Positions 45,849 through 55,059 of a stretch of DNA of 58,310 nt are shown here, one piece after another. The number at the start of each line of letters is the position of its first letter. The first letter of the stretch is position 1. The notes beneath the pieces are model-generated. The model saw only the letters and a program-made list of their open reading frames with translations, was not told the DNA's origin and ran no database searches. The position numbers were made by a program, and so were the translations under genes. Source of the DNA: an uncultured Muribaculaceae bacterium (lineage in GTDB: Bacteria > Bacillota_I > Bacilli_A > RF39 > UBA660); assembly GCA_964458035.1 (NCBI GenBank), contig CAYWFZ010000001.1, positions 1 to 58,310 on the forward strand. Reading direction: 5' to 3'.

Positions 45849-46682
45849 TTAATTAGCTCTTTTAGTTATGATTCTTTGATATACCTTTTCTGCATCTTTA
45901 AGTGCTGGCATTATTTTTTTATTTAATTCTTCAAAAATGGTTAAGTTGTCCGATAGATAATCTATATTCTTGCTTATTTCGTTTCTTACATCTTTTAATC
46001 TTTTATAAGGTTTGTCAAATTTTAAGTCATAAAATATCTCATCACCAAGCGAGACTAGTTTGTTTTGACAAAGAGTAAATCTACTAAGTTTATCGGAATA
46101 AACTTCTCTGTCATTTATAGGAACAAATATTTCTTTTGTCGAAACATCTAAGAGGTATGAATAGTTTTCGTCTTCAGTTGCTGTTATAGCATGATTTGCC
46201 TCAGTTTTATCAGTGTATTTATGACTAAGTAACTCCTCTACATCTTCTTTTACTCCTGCTAATATGTAGGATTTATAATCTCGATAGTTTAGAATGTCTC
46301 TTAGCAATGCTGAATTATGACGGCATTTTCCATGTCTATTTAAGGTAATTGCTGATAGTATTGGTAACTCATTAGTCCCAATTTTATTACATTCATATGG
46401 TAGTTTTTCGTCATATGAAAGATATCCTAGTTCAAGCAAAACGAGTGCGAAGGCATATATCCCTTCAATACTATCTACATCTAAATCATCAAGTGTTTCT
46501 TTGATGTATTCAAAGATGAAAGAATATAGGATATTAAATTCTCTGTATTCAATTGATTCAGAAATTGCATTATAGTAATATCTCTCATATAGATAAAAAT
46601 AAGCCTTAAGAATACTTATCTTTTCTCCACATTTTCTGTAGAACTCCACTTTATCTTTATAATATTCAATATGTTTTTTCAT
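45849..46682 (-). CDS. cytoplasmic transglutaminase-like cysteine protease-fold protein with intact Cys-His-Asp
   Basis: GKC(120)RHNSALLRDIL..., ANH(164)AITA, YLLD(179)VS with canonical spacing. Paralog of the upstream gene. Confidence 0.55.
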   Translation of the reverse strand: MKKHIEYYKDKVEFYRKCGEKISILKAYFYLYERYYYNAISESIEYREFNILYSFIFEYIKETLDDLDVDSIEGIYAFALVLLELGYLSYDEKLPYECNKIGTNELPILSAITLNRHGKCRHNSALLRDILNYRDYKSYILAGVKEDVEELLSHKYTDKTEANHAITATEDENYSYLLDVSTKEIFVPINDREVYSDKLSRFTLCQNKLVSLGDEIFYDLKFDKPYKRLKDVRNEISKNIDYLSDNLTIFEELNKKIMPALKDAEKVYQRIITKRAN

Positions 46683-46690
46683 CTTAGTTC

Positions 46691-47614
46691 CTATCGAGTT
46701 AGTTTTTTATAGATGCCTTCAGCTTCTCTTAAAACAGGTTCTAAATGAATTTCCATTTGATGAATTAAATCCTGTCTTCCTTCAATTTTTTCTAAGATAT
46801 ATTTTTTATACTCTAATAGGTCGGGAACGTTGGCTACATTATATGATTCATCAATTGCCGTGTATTTATCATTTGTACCATTGATTTTAAAAACATTACC
46901 TTTGTCGGATACGATAACACCAGGAGTATTTGGAATGGACGAATATACTTCAGTCTCAAGAGGGTTTAAATAATATAAGCGGTCTCTTTCTTGGGCTGCA
47001 GTAAGATATGTTACAGTTTTACCAAATAACTCGATTCTTTCTTTTAAGGTTGGCTTTTTTACGTCTACTACTCTTTGAGGCGTGTTTTTAGTCTCTTTTA
47101 CTGCTATTTCTTCACAGACTCTTATAGCTTTTCCATAGATGGTTGCAGTTGCGATACTTGATGACCTTAAGGCGTCTTCTAGAAACAATGCCCAGGAAGA
47201 CCTAATTGCATGTCCATTTAAACATAAAGGCTTTTCTAAGGCTTTTTTACAATACTTAACTTTTTGTTCTGATAGTTCATAATTAGGAAGAGATAAAGAG
47301 TTATTTTCAATCAAATATCTTAGATATAAATATTTTTCATTTAAACCGTTTAAGTCTAATTTCTCCATATTATTAATTATTGTAAAAATAATATCATCGT
47401 ATATTCTATCTAACTTTCGATATTCTTTTGACTCCCCGATTTCTTTGTATGTAGCAACTGTTTGTAATAGTTTTATACCCCAAAGTAGACCAAGAAGAAT
47501 AGCTATTTCTGTATTATTATTTAAAGCATTTGTTATTGGCAGTAAACCCGTTATTAGAAGAGATGAACTACTATCTTTTAGCTCACTTACTGCTCTTTCG
47601 TATGATTTTGTCAT
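46691..47614 (-). CDS. paralog of the transglutaminase-like protein with all three catalytic positions replaced
   Basis: Aligns LNGHAIRSSWALFLEDAL with LNRHGKCRHNSALLRDIL (Cys to Arg), and YYLNPLETE with YLLDVSTKE (Asp to Asn; His to Thr 15 residues upstream). TTGACT-17-TAAAAT promoter. Confidence 0.5.
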   Translation of the reverse strand: MTKSYERAVSELKDSSSSLLITGLLPITNALNNNTEIAILLGLLWGIKLLQTVATYKEIGESKEYRKLDRIYDDIIFTIINNMEKLDLNGLNEKYLYLRYLIENNSLSLPNYELSEQKVKYCKKALEKPLCLNGHAIRSSWALFLEDALRSSSIATATIYGKAIRVCEEIAVKETKNTPQRVVDVKKPTLKERIELFGKTVTYLTAAQERDRLYYLNPLETEVYSSIPNTPGVIVSDKGNVFKINGTNDKYTAIDESYNVANVPDLLEYKKYILEKIEGRQDLIHQMEIHLEPVLREAEGIYKKLTR

Positions 47615-47670
47615 GTATAATCCCCTCTTTTGTCAGTTTATTTTAACTTATGTACATTCTTTAGTCAAAT

Positions 47671-47690
47671 AAAAAGAGGATAACCTCTTT
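47671..47690 (-). terminator. intrinsic terminator after the alaS-like gene
   Basis: The minus strand reads AAAGAGG-TTAT-CCTCTTTTT right after the stop codon. Confidence 0.75.
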
Positions 47691-49432
47691 TATTCTAAAA
47701 TTGCTTTTATTCTTCTTACGCCTGATGATGATGCTTCTTCTTTGATGATTTTAAAGTGACCTAATACACTTGTATTTGTTACATGTGGTCCGCCACAAAG
47801 TTCCTTTGATACGTTGTCTCCTATGGTGTAGACTGTTACGCGGTCAGGATACTTTTCGATAAACTCGCATTCAGCACCTGATTTAACTGCGTCTTCTTTA
47901 TTCATTTCTTCTTTTTTTACTTCTAAGCCTTCGCTTATCCACTTATTAACTAGATCTTCTGTTTTTGTCTTTTCTTCGTCAGTTAATTTGTGATCACAGT
48001 TAAAGTCAAAACGCATTCTTTCAACAGTAATATTTGACCCTCTTTGATGAACATTTTCACCAACAACTATTTTTAGAGCAGCATTTAAAAGATGTGTAGC
48101 TGTGTGATATTTAGTTTCAATTTCAGAGTTTCCAGCTAGTCCACCTTTAAATTTTTCTTGAGAACCTGCACGGGATAATTCTTGATGAGCTTTGAATTTT
48201 TCCTTATATCCTTCTACATCTACTTTAAGTCCAAGTTCATTTGCCAATTCAACTGTTAGTTCAAGCGGAAATCCATATGTATCAAATAAATGGAATGCCG
48301 TTGTGCCATCAATATCATTATTATCTTGTGTAACTTTCTTAAACTCTTTCATGCCTTTTTCAAGCGTACGATTGAATTTAACTTTTTCGTTAGCTAATAC
48401 TTCAAGAACAATATCATGATTTTGCTCTAATTCTTGATAATATTTTTTATATTTACTTAGTATTAATTCAGCAATTTTTTTATCCCAGTCGGAAGAGATA
48501 TCTATTCCTAAAGTCTTTGCATGTCTTATTGCTCTTCTTATTAGTCTTCTTAGAATATAACCTTGATCTGTATTACTTGGTTTTATTCCAGCTGGGTCAG
48601 CACTTATAAACACTGCTGTTCTTAGGTGATCAGCTATAATACGCATACTTCTTTCATTACCTTTATATGGAAGTGATGAAATATTGGAAATAAGCTCGAT
48701 AACATCTTTCCAAATTGAAGATTCATAATTATCATTAACTCCTTCAAGTATTGAAACAGTTCTTTCAACTCCCATACCTGTATCGACATTTTTGTGTGGC
48801 ATTTCTTCAACTGTACCATCTTCATGTTTAATATATTGCATAAACACATCATTCCAGAATTCTACCCATCTATCATCGTTTGGATCAAATACTTCAGGAA
48901 CACTTTCGTTACTTCTCCAATAAAACATCTCAGTGTCTCCACCACAAGGCCCAGTTTCTCCAGCAATCCAGAAGTTATCTTCAAGTTTAGCTATTCTTTC
49001 ATCTTTTATTCCTAGGCTTTTCCAAGTATTGTAGGCTTCTTCATCAAACGGAATATATTCATTCCCAGCAAAAACTGTTACAGCAAGTCTTTCTAACGGA
49101 ATATTTAACTGTTTTGTGATAAATTCAAAACTCCAAGTAATTGCTTCTTTCTTGAAGTAATCTCCTAAACTCCAATTTCCAAGCATTTCGAAGAATGTAT
49201 GATGATAAGTATCCCCTACTTCATCGATATCATTTGTTCTAATACATTTTTGGTAATCGCATAATCTTTTTCCGTAGGGGTGAGTTTCTCCCATTAAATA
49301 AGGTATTAATGGTTGCATTCCAGCAGTATTAAATAAGACAGATGGATCATTTTCTGGCACCACCGGTGATGATGGTATTTGTTTGTGTCCATTGTCTACA
49401 AAAAATTTTATAAATAAATCTTTTAAATTCAT
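47690..49432 (-). CDS. alaS: short alanine--tRNA ligase (catalytic + tRNA-recognition + AlaX-like editing core; no C-Ala domain)
   Basis: PSSPVVPENDPSVLFNTAGMQ, FFEMLGNWSLGDYFK, GPCGGDTEMFY, FWNDVFMQY, DTGMGVERT, RIIADHLR, then HTATH and CGGPH zinc motifs. Ends at ...GVRRIKAILE (580 aa). Confidence 0.85.
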   Translation of the reverse strand: MNLKDLFIKFFVDNGHKQIPSSPVVPENDPSVLFNTAGMQPLIPYLMGETHPYGKRLCDYQKCIRTNDIDEVGDTYHHTFFEMLGNWSLGDYFKKEAITWSFEFITKQLNIPLERLAVTVFAGNEYIPFDEEAYNTWKSLGIKDERIAKLEDNFWIAGETGPCGGDTEMFYWRSNESVPEVFDPNDDRWVEFWNDVFMQYIKHEDGTVEEMPHKNVDTGMGVERTVSILEGVNDNYESSIWKDVIELISNISSLPYKGNERSMRIIADHLRTAVFISADPAGIKPSNTDQGYILRRLIRRAIRHAKTLGIDISSDWDKKIAELILSKYKKYYQELEQNHDIVLEVLANEKVKFNRTLEKGMKEFKKVTQDNNDIDGTTAFHLFDTYGFPLELTVELANELGLKVDVEGYKEKFKAHQELSRAGSQEKFKGGLAGNSEIETKYHTATHLLNAALKIVVGENVHQRGSNITVERMRFDFNCDHKLTDEEKTKTEDLVNKWISEGLEVKKEEMNKEDAVKSGAECEFIEKYPDRVTVYTIGDNVSKELCGGPHVTNTSVLGHFKIIKEEASSSGVRRIKAILE

Positions 49433-49485
49433 GATTATTCCTCCTATTTGTGAAATCCGAAATTATTATAGCATAAATTAGTTAA

Positions 49486-50793
49486 TTAACATATTCCTAA
49501 TTTACAAAGAAATGTCTTTTTCCCTCTTATTTGTCCAATAAAAAGATCATTTTCGCCAAATACATATGTATATGATCCAATTGTAAACAAAAACACATCT
49601 TCGTAGTCATCTTTTTCTATCTCTCGGTATGTATCTTCCCTTTTGTATGTACTTAGCTCGACAAATCCATCTTCAGTGATTAGTGAAGATGCTAGTCTAA
49701 TTAAATAATAAGCTGGCTTTTCTTCTTCATCGCGATTTTGATGGTTTTTTTCAGTCTTTATACTTATGGGATTTACTATATTATAATCGTTTTCGGTGCT
49801 TACAGAAGATGATGAATGTAAACTGGCATTTACATCAATAATATCATTTACATTTCTATCAAGTTCCAAGTAAGTTATACCATCATTTTTTTCTATTTCA
49901 GCTGTGATATTAAATGAATGCGCCATACCTCTTTTTATTAATGTCACATTGCTTATGCCTGTCATATCTTGTTTAAATAATAGTATTGTAGAGTTATTTG
50001 AAAAATCATTAATTATGTTCTCAATAGATACTAAATCTAGGTCTCCTTTATATATCGCTTTATATGTTAAGGCGAGTTTATTTGAACTAATTAGCTCTTC
50101 AGTAGTTAGTTTACTAGGTAATACATTTATGTAATCTACAAATCTATTGTATGTAAGGTAATAGTCGTCATAACTTAGTGCGATTGAATCAATTACTAGT
50201 TCAATATTACCTAGATGTGAAAGTAGATATTTTTTTACCTCTTCTTTTTTTGATTCTATTCTTATATCATCACCAATTAACTCATTATTTACTGCCATAA
50301 TATGTTTATCATCTTCTGTTGTTAATAAACATATTCCTGTACCTACATCTTTTTTGTTTTCATCTTTAGTCATGAATTCTTCAATGGTTTTAGTTTTAGT
50401 TTTTTCACCTGTTATTTCTTCGTAGTGGCTTTTTAGTAATGGTTCCGTTATTTTTAAAAGATCACTTTTAAATGTATCATAGAACACTCTAACACCAACA
50501 ATTGTCGCAAGTATAACTGATACCATTACGATTGCTGCTGTTTTAATGATTCTTTTGTCTTCTTTTTTTCTGTTTTCTTCTTCAGCTAATTCTTCTTCAG
50601 TGAGATAACTTTCATATTCTAATTCTTCTTCATCTTTGTTTTTTAGTAATTCCAAAGATTCCTTAAAAGAGAATTTAGGTTCTTGCATTTTTTCATTTAC
50701 TTCTTTTTCTAGTTCCTCTTCTTCTTTTTTAATCTTTTCAAGTAATTCTTTTTCTTTAGCCTTTTCTTTTTTTATTTGTTCTATACTTTTCAT
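49486..50793 (-). CDS. membrane-anchored protein with Glu/Lys-rich cytoplasmic coiled-coil N-terminus
   Basis: EKELLEKIKKEEEELEKE repeats and TM IIKTAAIVMVSVILATIVGV. The ~330-aa external domain is unknown. Confidence 0.6.
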   Translation of the reverse strand: MKSIEQIKKEKAKEKELLEKIKKEEEELEKEVNEKMQEPKFSFKESLELLKNKDEEELEYESYLTEEELAEEENRKKEDKRIIKTAAIVMVSVILATIVGVRVFYDTFKSDLLKITEPLLKSHYEEITGEKTKTKTIEEFMTKDENKKDVGTGICLLTTEDDKHIMAVNNELIGDDIRIESKKEEVKKYLLSHLGNIELVIDSIALSYDDYYLTYNRFVDYINVLPSKLTTEELISSNKLALTYKAIYKGDLDLVSIENIINDFSNNSTILLFKQDMTGISNVTLIKRGMAHSFNITAEIEKNDGITYLELDRNVNDIIDVNASLHSSSSVSTENDYNIVNPISIKTEKNHQNRDEEEKPAYYLIRLASSLITEDGFVELSTYKREDTYREIEKDDYEDVFLFTIGSYTYVFGENDLFIGQIRGKKTFLCKLGIC

Positions 50794-50840
50794 GACTTCA
50801 CCTTATTATAATTATACCAAAAGAAAAAGACTTATAAAAG

Positions 50841-51584
50841 TCAGTAATTAAGTGTTTTATCAAGGAATTTTTTTGTATGTATATAAATTCCTGTATATCT
50901 ATCATAATAGATTGTAAGAAAGTTGTTTATTCCTTCTATAACATATTCTTTAATTTTTAATTCTTTTATGGTGCTTATGTCTACTAGATAGTACATTCTA
51001 AGCATTTTTCTTGTTTTTTCGTCATAAATTATTTCGTTTGTATAACAATTCTTGCAGATGTATCCGCCAATATCGGGATCGATTGTTACGATATTTTTTA
51101 TACCTCCACACTTAGCACAAGCATTTAGTTCGATTGGACAACCTAAATAGTCAAGTAATTTTATTTCAAGAATATTCATCATAACAATTGGATTTAGTCC
51201 TTCTTCTATCTTAATTATAGTATTTATATATATATCGTAAATAAGACTAATGTTTTTGATATCAGTTTGTTTTACAACTTGTCTAACTAAATCTGTGATA
51301 TAAATATATACTGAATAAGGTATGAGGGATGGTTCTGTTCTAATATGCTCAAAATTATTTAGAATAGTACCTTCCTTTAATGTAGAAAGTCTATCTTCAT
51401 TATAATAGATTGTGAACTCTGCATAGACGAGTTTTGACGATACAAGCCTTAGGGGACTCTTTAGGTTTTTACATCCCTTAGATACTACCCCAACAATTCC
51501 TTCTTCAGTTAGAATATTTAGTATCTTAGAATTTTCCTTAAAAGGTGTTTCACTTATAACAACACCTTGTATTTTTTTTAACAT
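50841..51584 (-). CDS. recO: DNA repair protein RecO
   Basis: OB-fold N-terminus (IQGVVISETPFKENSKIL) and zinc finger CAKCGG...CKNC. Position after era/yqzL. Confidence 0.88.
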   Translation of the reverse strand: MLKKIQGVVISETPFKENSKILNILTEEGIVGVVSKGCKNLKSPLRLVSSKLVYAEFTIYYNEDRLSTLKEGTILNNFEHIRTEPSLIPYSVYIYITDLVRQVVKQTDIKNISLIYDIYINTIIKIEEGLNPIVMMNILEIKLLDYLGCPIELNACAKCGGIKNIVTIDPDIGGYICKNCYTNEIIYDEKTRKMLRMYYLVDISTIKELKIKEYVIEGINNFLTIYYDRYTGIYIHTKKFLDKTLNY

Positions 51585-51589
51585 TTAAA

Positions 51590-51667
51590 TCACTTCTTTT
51601 TGTATTGTAAATAGTACTCTATTTTCCCTGTTTTTTTAAATAACTCCCATAATTCTTTTTTTGTCAT
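51590..51667 (-). CDS. yqzL: unannotated YqzL-like small protein (MTKKELWELFKKTGKIEYYLQYKKK)
   Basis: 25 aa. The W..F..TG.I..YL.YK pattern matches the YqzL family. It sits 5 nt upstream of the recO ATG, the same position as Bacillus yqzL. Confidence 0.6.
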   Translation of the reverse strand: MTKKELWELFKKTGKIEYYLQYKKK

Positions 51668-51717
51668 AAAATAACACCCTTTCTATTTATATAATGGGTG
51701 TTATTTTATTATTTTAT

Positions 51718-53022
51718 TCAAAGACCGGCAACTTTTTTAGTTTCAACAACTTCAAAAGAAATATCATTATCTTTAAATCTTGTACTTACTGCCTCAAACA
51801 TTTCTTCACATAATGGAAGGTTGGCATATTCTAGATAATCTAGAATTAAGTCTGGATTTTCATCCTTATGTAGTTCTTTTAATAATTCTTTTGATGACAA
51901 TGAGGAAATAGTATACTCTTTAATTACACTGATTATAGATTCCGCATCCTCGGGTTCATAAATATTAATGGCATATTTACATAAATCTTCGTCTTTAGTA
52001 TCTCCTTTAATCATGTAATAGTCATATAAATTAAATTCACGATAACCATATCCATAGTTTATTCCGTTAGCTTTTGCTTGCATGATTTTTGAAATTAGAT
52101 CTTTATATGTGTTGTTTATAGATATTGTTTTTGCTTCATACTTTGTTATCAAGTTATTAAGGAGTAAGTCCCTTCCAGTTAAAGCATCCTTTAAGGTTTC
52201 ATTAAATTTGTAACTATTAAAGTGATACTTATCAAATAACTCGCTTATATCTTCTATATCGCTTATTAAATACTCTTCTAGCATTCTTCTCAAGTTTATG
52301 AGTCTATCCTGTACTCGATCATGGCTTATTTTTGACTCAAAGAATTTAACAACTGTGTTTTCTGTTTTATAAGCCTCTTTAAGTAAATAATTTAATCTTG
52401 TTATATTTGCAGTATTAGCAGGATATAAAGTTTCATATTCGTTTACGAGACTTCTTAAACTTGATTTACTTATATTTATTCTACTTATAAATTCAATGGC
52501 TTTTTTATTGTCTTTCATTTCAAGTATTTTTATAGGTAATTCAATATCATAACTACCACGAGTTACTAATTCGCAGACATTTTTATAGGCAATTAAGACA
52601 TCAGCATTTTTACTTGTTCTAAGATAGTAGTCACGACATTTTAGTAAATACTTTTGATCATATGGATGGAGTTTCCCATCTCTTTTGGCAAATTCACGAC
52701 CCAATTTATCTAAGTCCTTGGTATTTCCTTGAGATTCGATAATAGCATCAATTATTATTCTTCCTCTTTTAAATATAATATCATTTGGTACTAATTTTGT
52801 TGCTTCAAAAGCGTTTTTTTCTTCTTCACTTATTCTGTTGCTTTTTACGTATGAGTCAATATATCTTAGTAAATCTTCACTAGTGTAAGAAGTTCCATCT
52901 TCCTTGGAATATTTACTTACATAAGGATTAACGGATACTTCTTTTCCTGAGGAGTTAATGTAAGCACAAAAAAGTTCTTTTTGTCTTTTTAAATAATCAT
53001 TTAATTTTATTACATTAGCCAT
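51718..53022 (-). CDS. 434-aa protein of unknown function inserted between era and yqzL-recO
   Basis: GGAGGAGA Shine-Dalgarno sequence. Followed by hairpin ATAACACCC-N17-GGGTGTTAT. No motif recognised. Confidence 0.7.
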   Translation of the reverse strand: MANVIKLNDYLKRQKELFCAYINSSGKEVSVNPYVSKYSKEDGTSYTSEDLLRYIDSYVKSNRISEEEKNAFEATKLVPNDIIFKRGRIIIDAIIESQGNTKDLDKLGREFAKRDGKLHPYDQKYLLKCRDYYLRTSKNADVLIAYKNVCELVTRGSYDIELPIKILEMKDNKKAIEFISRINISKSSLRSLVNEYETLYPANTANITRLNYLLKEAYKTENTVVKFFESKISHDRVQDRLINLRRMLEEYLISDIEDISELFDKYHFNSYKFNETLKDALTGRDLLLNNLITKYEAKTISINNTYKDLISKIMQAKANGINYGYGYREFNLYDYYMIKGDTKDEDLCKYAINIYEPEDAESIISVIKEYTISSLSSKELLKELHKDENPDLILDYLEYANLPLCEEMFEAVSTRFKDNDISFEVVETKKVAGL

Positions 53023-53036
53023 ATTGTCTCCTCCTT

Positions 53037-53918
53037 TTATTTTTCAGTTAATCCGAGTTCGTAAAGATATTTTTCTTTATTACGCCAGTTCTTTATTGTT
53101 TTTACATATAATTCTAGATAAACCTGTTTACCCAGCATAGTTTCAATATCTTTTCGTGCCTCAGTTCCAATAGTCTTAAGCATTGTTCCTTTTTTACCAA
53201 TAATAATTTTCTTTAACGAATCTCTTGAAACAATTATATCAACTGATATTTCAGCAATACTCGCTTTTTCTGTGAAACTCGTTAAAACACACGTTATGGC
53301 ATGCGGAACCTCTTCTGTAGTCAAATTAAGTATTTTTTCACGAACTAATTCAGCAATCATGAAGTTTGTATCATTGTTAGTAATAACATCATCTTCATAA
53401 TATTTTATATTGTCTTTTAGATATTTTTTTGTTATTTCAATTAACCTTTCAATGTTATCATGTCTTAAGGCACTTATAGGTATTATATCTGCGAAATCAA
53501 ATAAATCTTTATAGTTTTGAATAGACGTGAGTATTCCTTCTTTAGTTAGCTTATCTATCTTATTTAAAACTAATATAACAGGAACAGTTGTGTGTTTTAA
53601 AGCTTCTATAATAAACTTATCGCCTTTACCAAGACCTGATGCTGCATCAACTACGAAAAGGATTGCATCTATATCTTCTAGAGATTCATAGGTTTGTTTA
53701 TTTAAGTGCTTACCTAATCTATCCATAGATTTATGAATTCCTGGAGTATCGACAAAAACAATTTGAGTGTCTTCGTCATGATATACACCTTGAATAGTGT
53801 TTCTTGTTGTTCCAGCGACATTCGAGACAATCGCGATATGTTCGTTTATTATGGTGTTTATTAATGTGCTTTTTCCGGTGTTTGGTCTACCAACAATACT
53901 TATGAAACCACTTTTCAT
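53037..53918 (-). CDS. era: GTPase Era
   Basis: GRPNTGKST, DTPG, NKID, SA, plus C-terminal KH domain (IIGKKGTMLKTIG). Confidence 0.95.
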   Translation of the reverse strand: MKSGFISIVGRPNTGKSTLINTIINEHIAIVSNVAGTTRNTIQGVYHDEDTQIVFVDTPGIHKSMDRLGKHLNKQTYESLEDIDAILFVVDAASGLGKGDKFIIEALKHTTVPVILVLNKIDKLTKEGILTSIQNYKDLFDFADIIPISALRHDNIERLIEITKKYLKDNIKYYEDDVITNNDTNFMIAELVREKILNLTTEEVPHAITCVLTSFTEKASIAEISVDIIVSRDSLKKIIIGKKGTMLKTIGTEARKDIETMLGKQVYLELYVKTIKNWRNKEKYLYELGLTEK

Positions 53919-53950
53919 AACGACACTCCTTACTACTATTAATAATTATA

Positions 53951-54394
53951 TCATATATTTATATTTAAATCATTCAAAATTTCATCTTGTAATCCGAATT
54001 GGATTTTTTCTTCTTCTTTTCCTTTAGTGTGATCATATCCAAGAAGATGCAATAAACCATGACATACCAAAAATGATAACTCTCTTTTTTCAGAGTGACC
54101 ATATTCTTTGGCTTGTTCTTGCATTTTTGGAATGGATATGAAAATATCTCCCAATTGTCTTATAACAGGGACATATGTATCATTGTCCTCAAGTGCAAAA
54201 CTTAATACATCAGTAGTTCTGTCGATTCCTCGATACTCTTTATTCATCGCATGCATTTCTTCGTCATCAATAAATATAATACTTAAATAAGCATTTTTTA
54301 TATTAAGTTTTTCTAATGTATGATTAATAACATCATCTAAATATTTGTATTCTTCTTTGTAATTATATTTGTTTACTATTTCAAATTCGTTCAT
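53951..54394 (-). CDS. ybeY: rRNA maturation endoribonuclease YbeY
   Basis: TDVLSF...GDIFIS...HGLLHLLGYDH zinc motif. Confidence 0.93.
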   Translation of the reverse strand: MNEFEIVNKYNYKEEYKYLDDVINHTLEKLNIKNAYLSIIFIDDEEMHAMNKEYRGIDRTTDVLSFALEDNDTYVPVIRQLGDIFISIPKMQEQAKEYGHSEKRELSFLVCHGLLHLLGYDHTKGKEEEKIQFGLQDEILNDLNINI

Positions 54395-55059
54395 TTCGCC
54401 ACCTCATATAATATTATAAATAAGAGTATGAATAAGAGTATCATAAATATAAAGAATAATAACTTTATCTTATTTGTTTTATATTCATCTGGTATATGTT
54501 TATATATAAGCTGTGTCCCGTGAAATGTTATAAAACCAATTATTCCACCAATTAGATTTAAAAGAATATCATCTATATCAAAACTTCTTCCAATAAACAT
54601 TTGAATAATCTCGATTGTTAGAGATGTAAAAAACGTGATTAAAGTAGTAATTAAGATATTGGTTTTTCCAGCTTTTTCTTTTAGCATATCAGTTATCATG
54701 AATCCAAATGGGATAAAAAGTGCAATATTTCCAATAACATTGCGATAGAATAAGACGCTAGTTGTACGATAACGCATTATTTCTTTAAAGGGAATAAAGT
54801 TATTGGAAAAACTTTCAAAGTCAGTAGTAGTTACTAAATTAAATAGTGCAAAACAATATATAACATAAATAAGATTTTTAAGTTCTTTATATAGTACTAT
54901 TTTTTCTTTGCTATATATTGATGATATTATGCGAATTGATGCCATTACAACGGAAAACAGCACTATCATAGGTAATAGATTAATCAGTATGTTGTAGACT
55001 TTCACTGGTATCAATTTGCTCACGACCTTCATATTCTTGGGTTTCTCCGATATTCTCAT
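54391..55059 (-). CDS. VanZ-family membrane protein
   Basis: GNIALFIPFGF and EIIQMFIGRSFDIDDILLNLIGGIIGF motifs. The start is uncertain because the ORF overlaps the yqfD 3' end. Confidence 0.75.
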   Translation of the reverse strand: MRISEKPKNMKVVSKLIPVKVYNILINLLPMIVLFSVVMASIRIISSIYSKEKIVLYKELKNLIYVIYCFALFNLVTTTDFESFSNNFIPFKEIMRYRTTSVLFYRNVIGNIALFIPFGFMITDMLKEKAGKTNILITTLITFFTSLTIEIIQMFIGRSFDIDDILLNLIGGIIGFITFHGTQLIYKHIPDEYKTNKIKLLFFIFMILLFILLFIILYEVAK

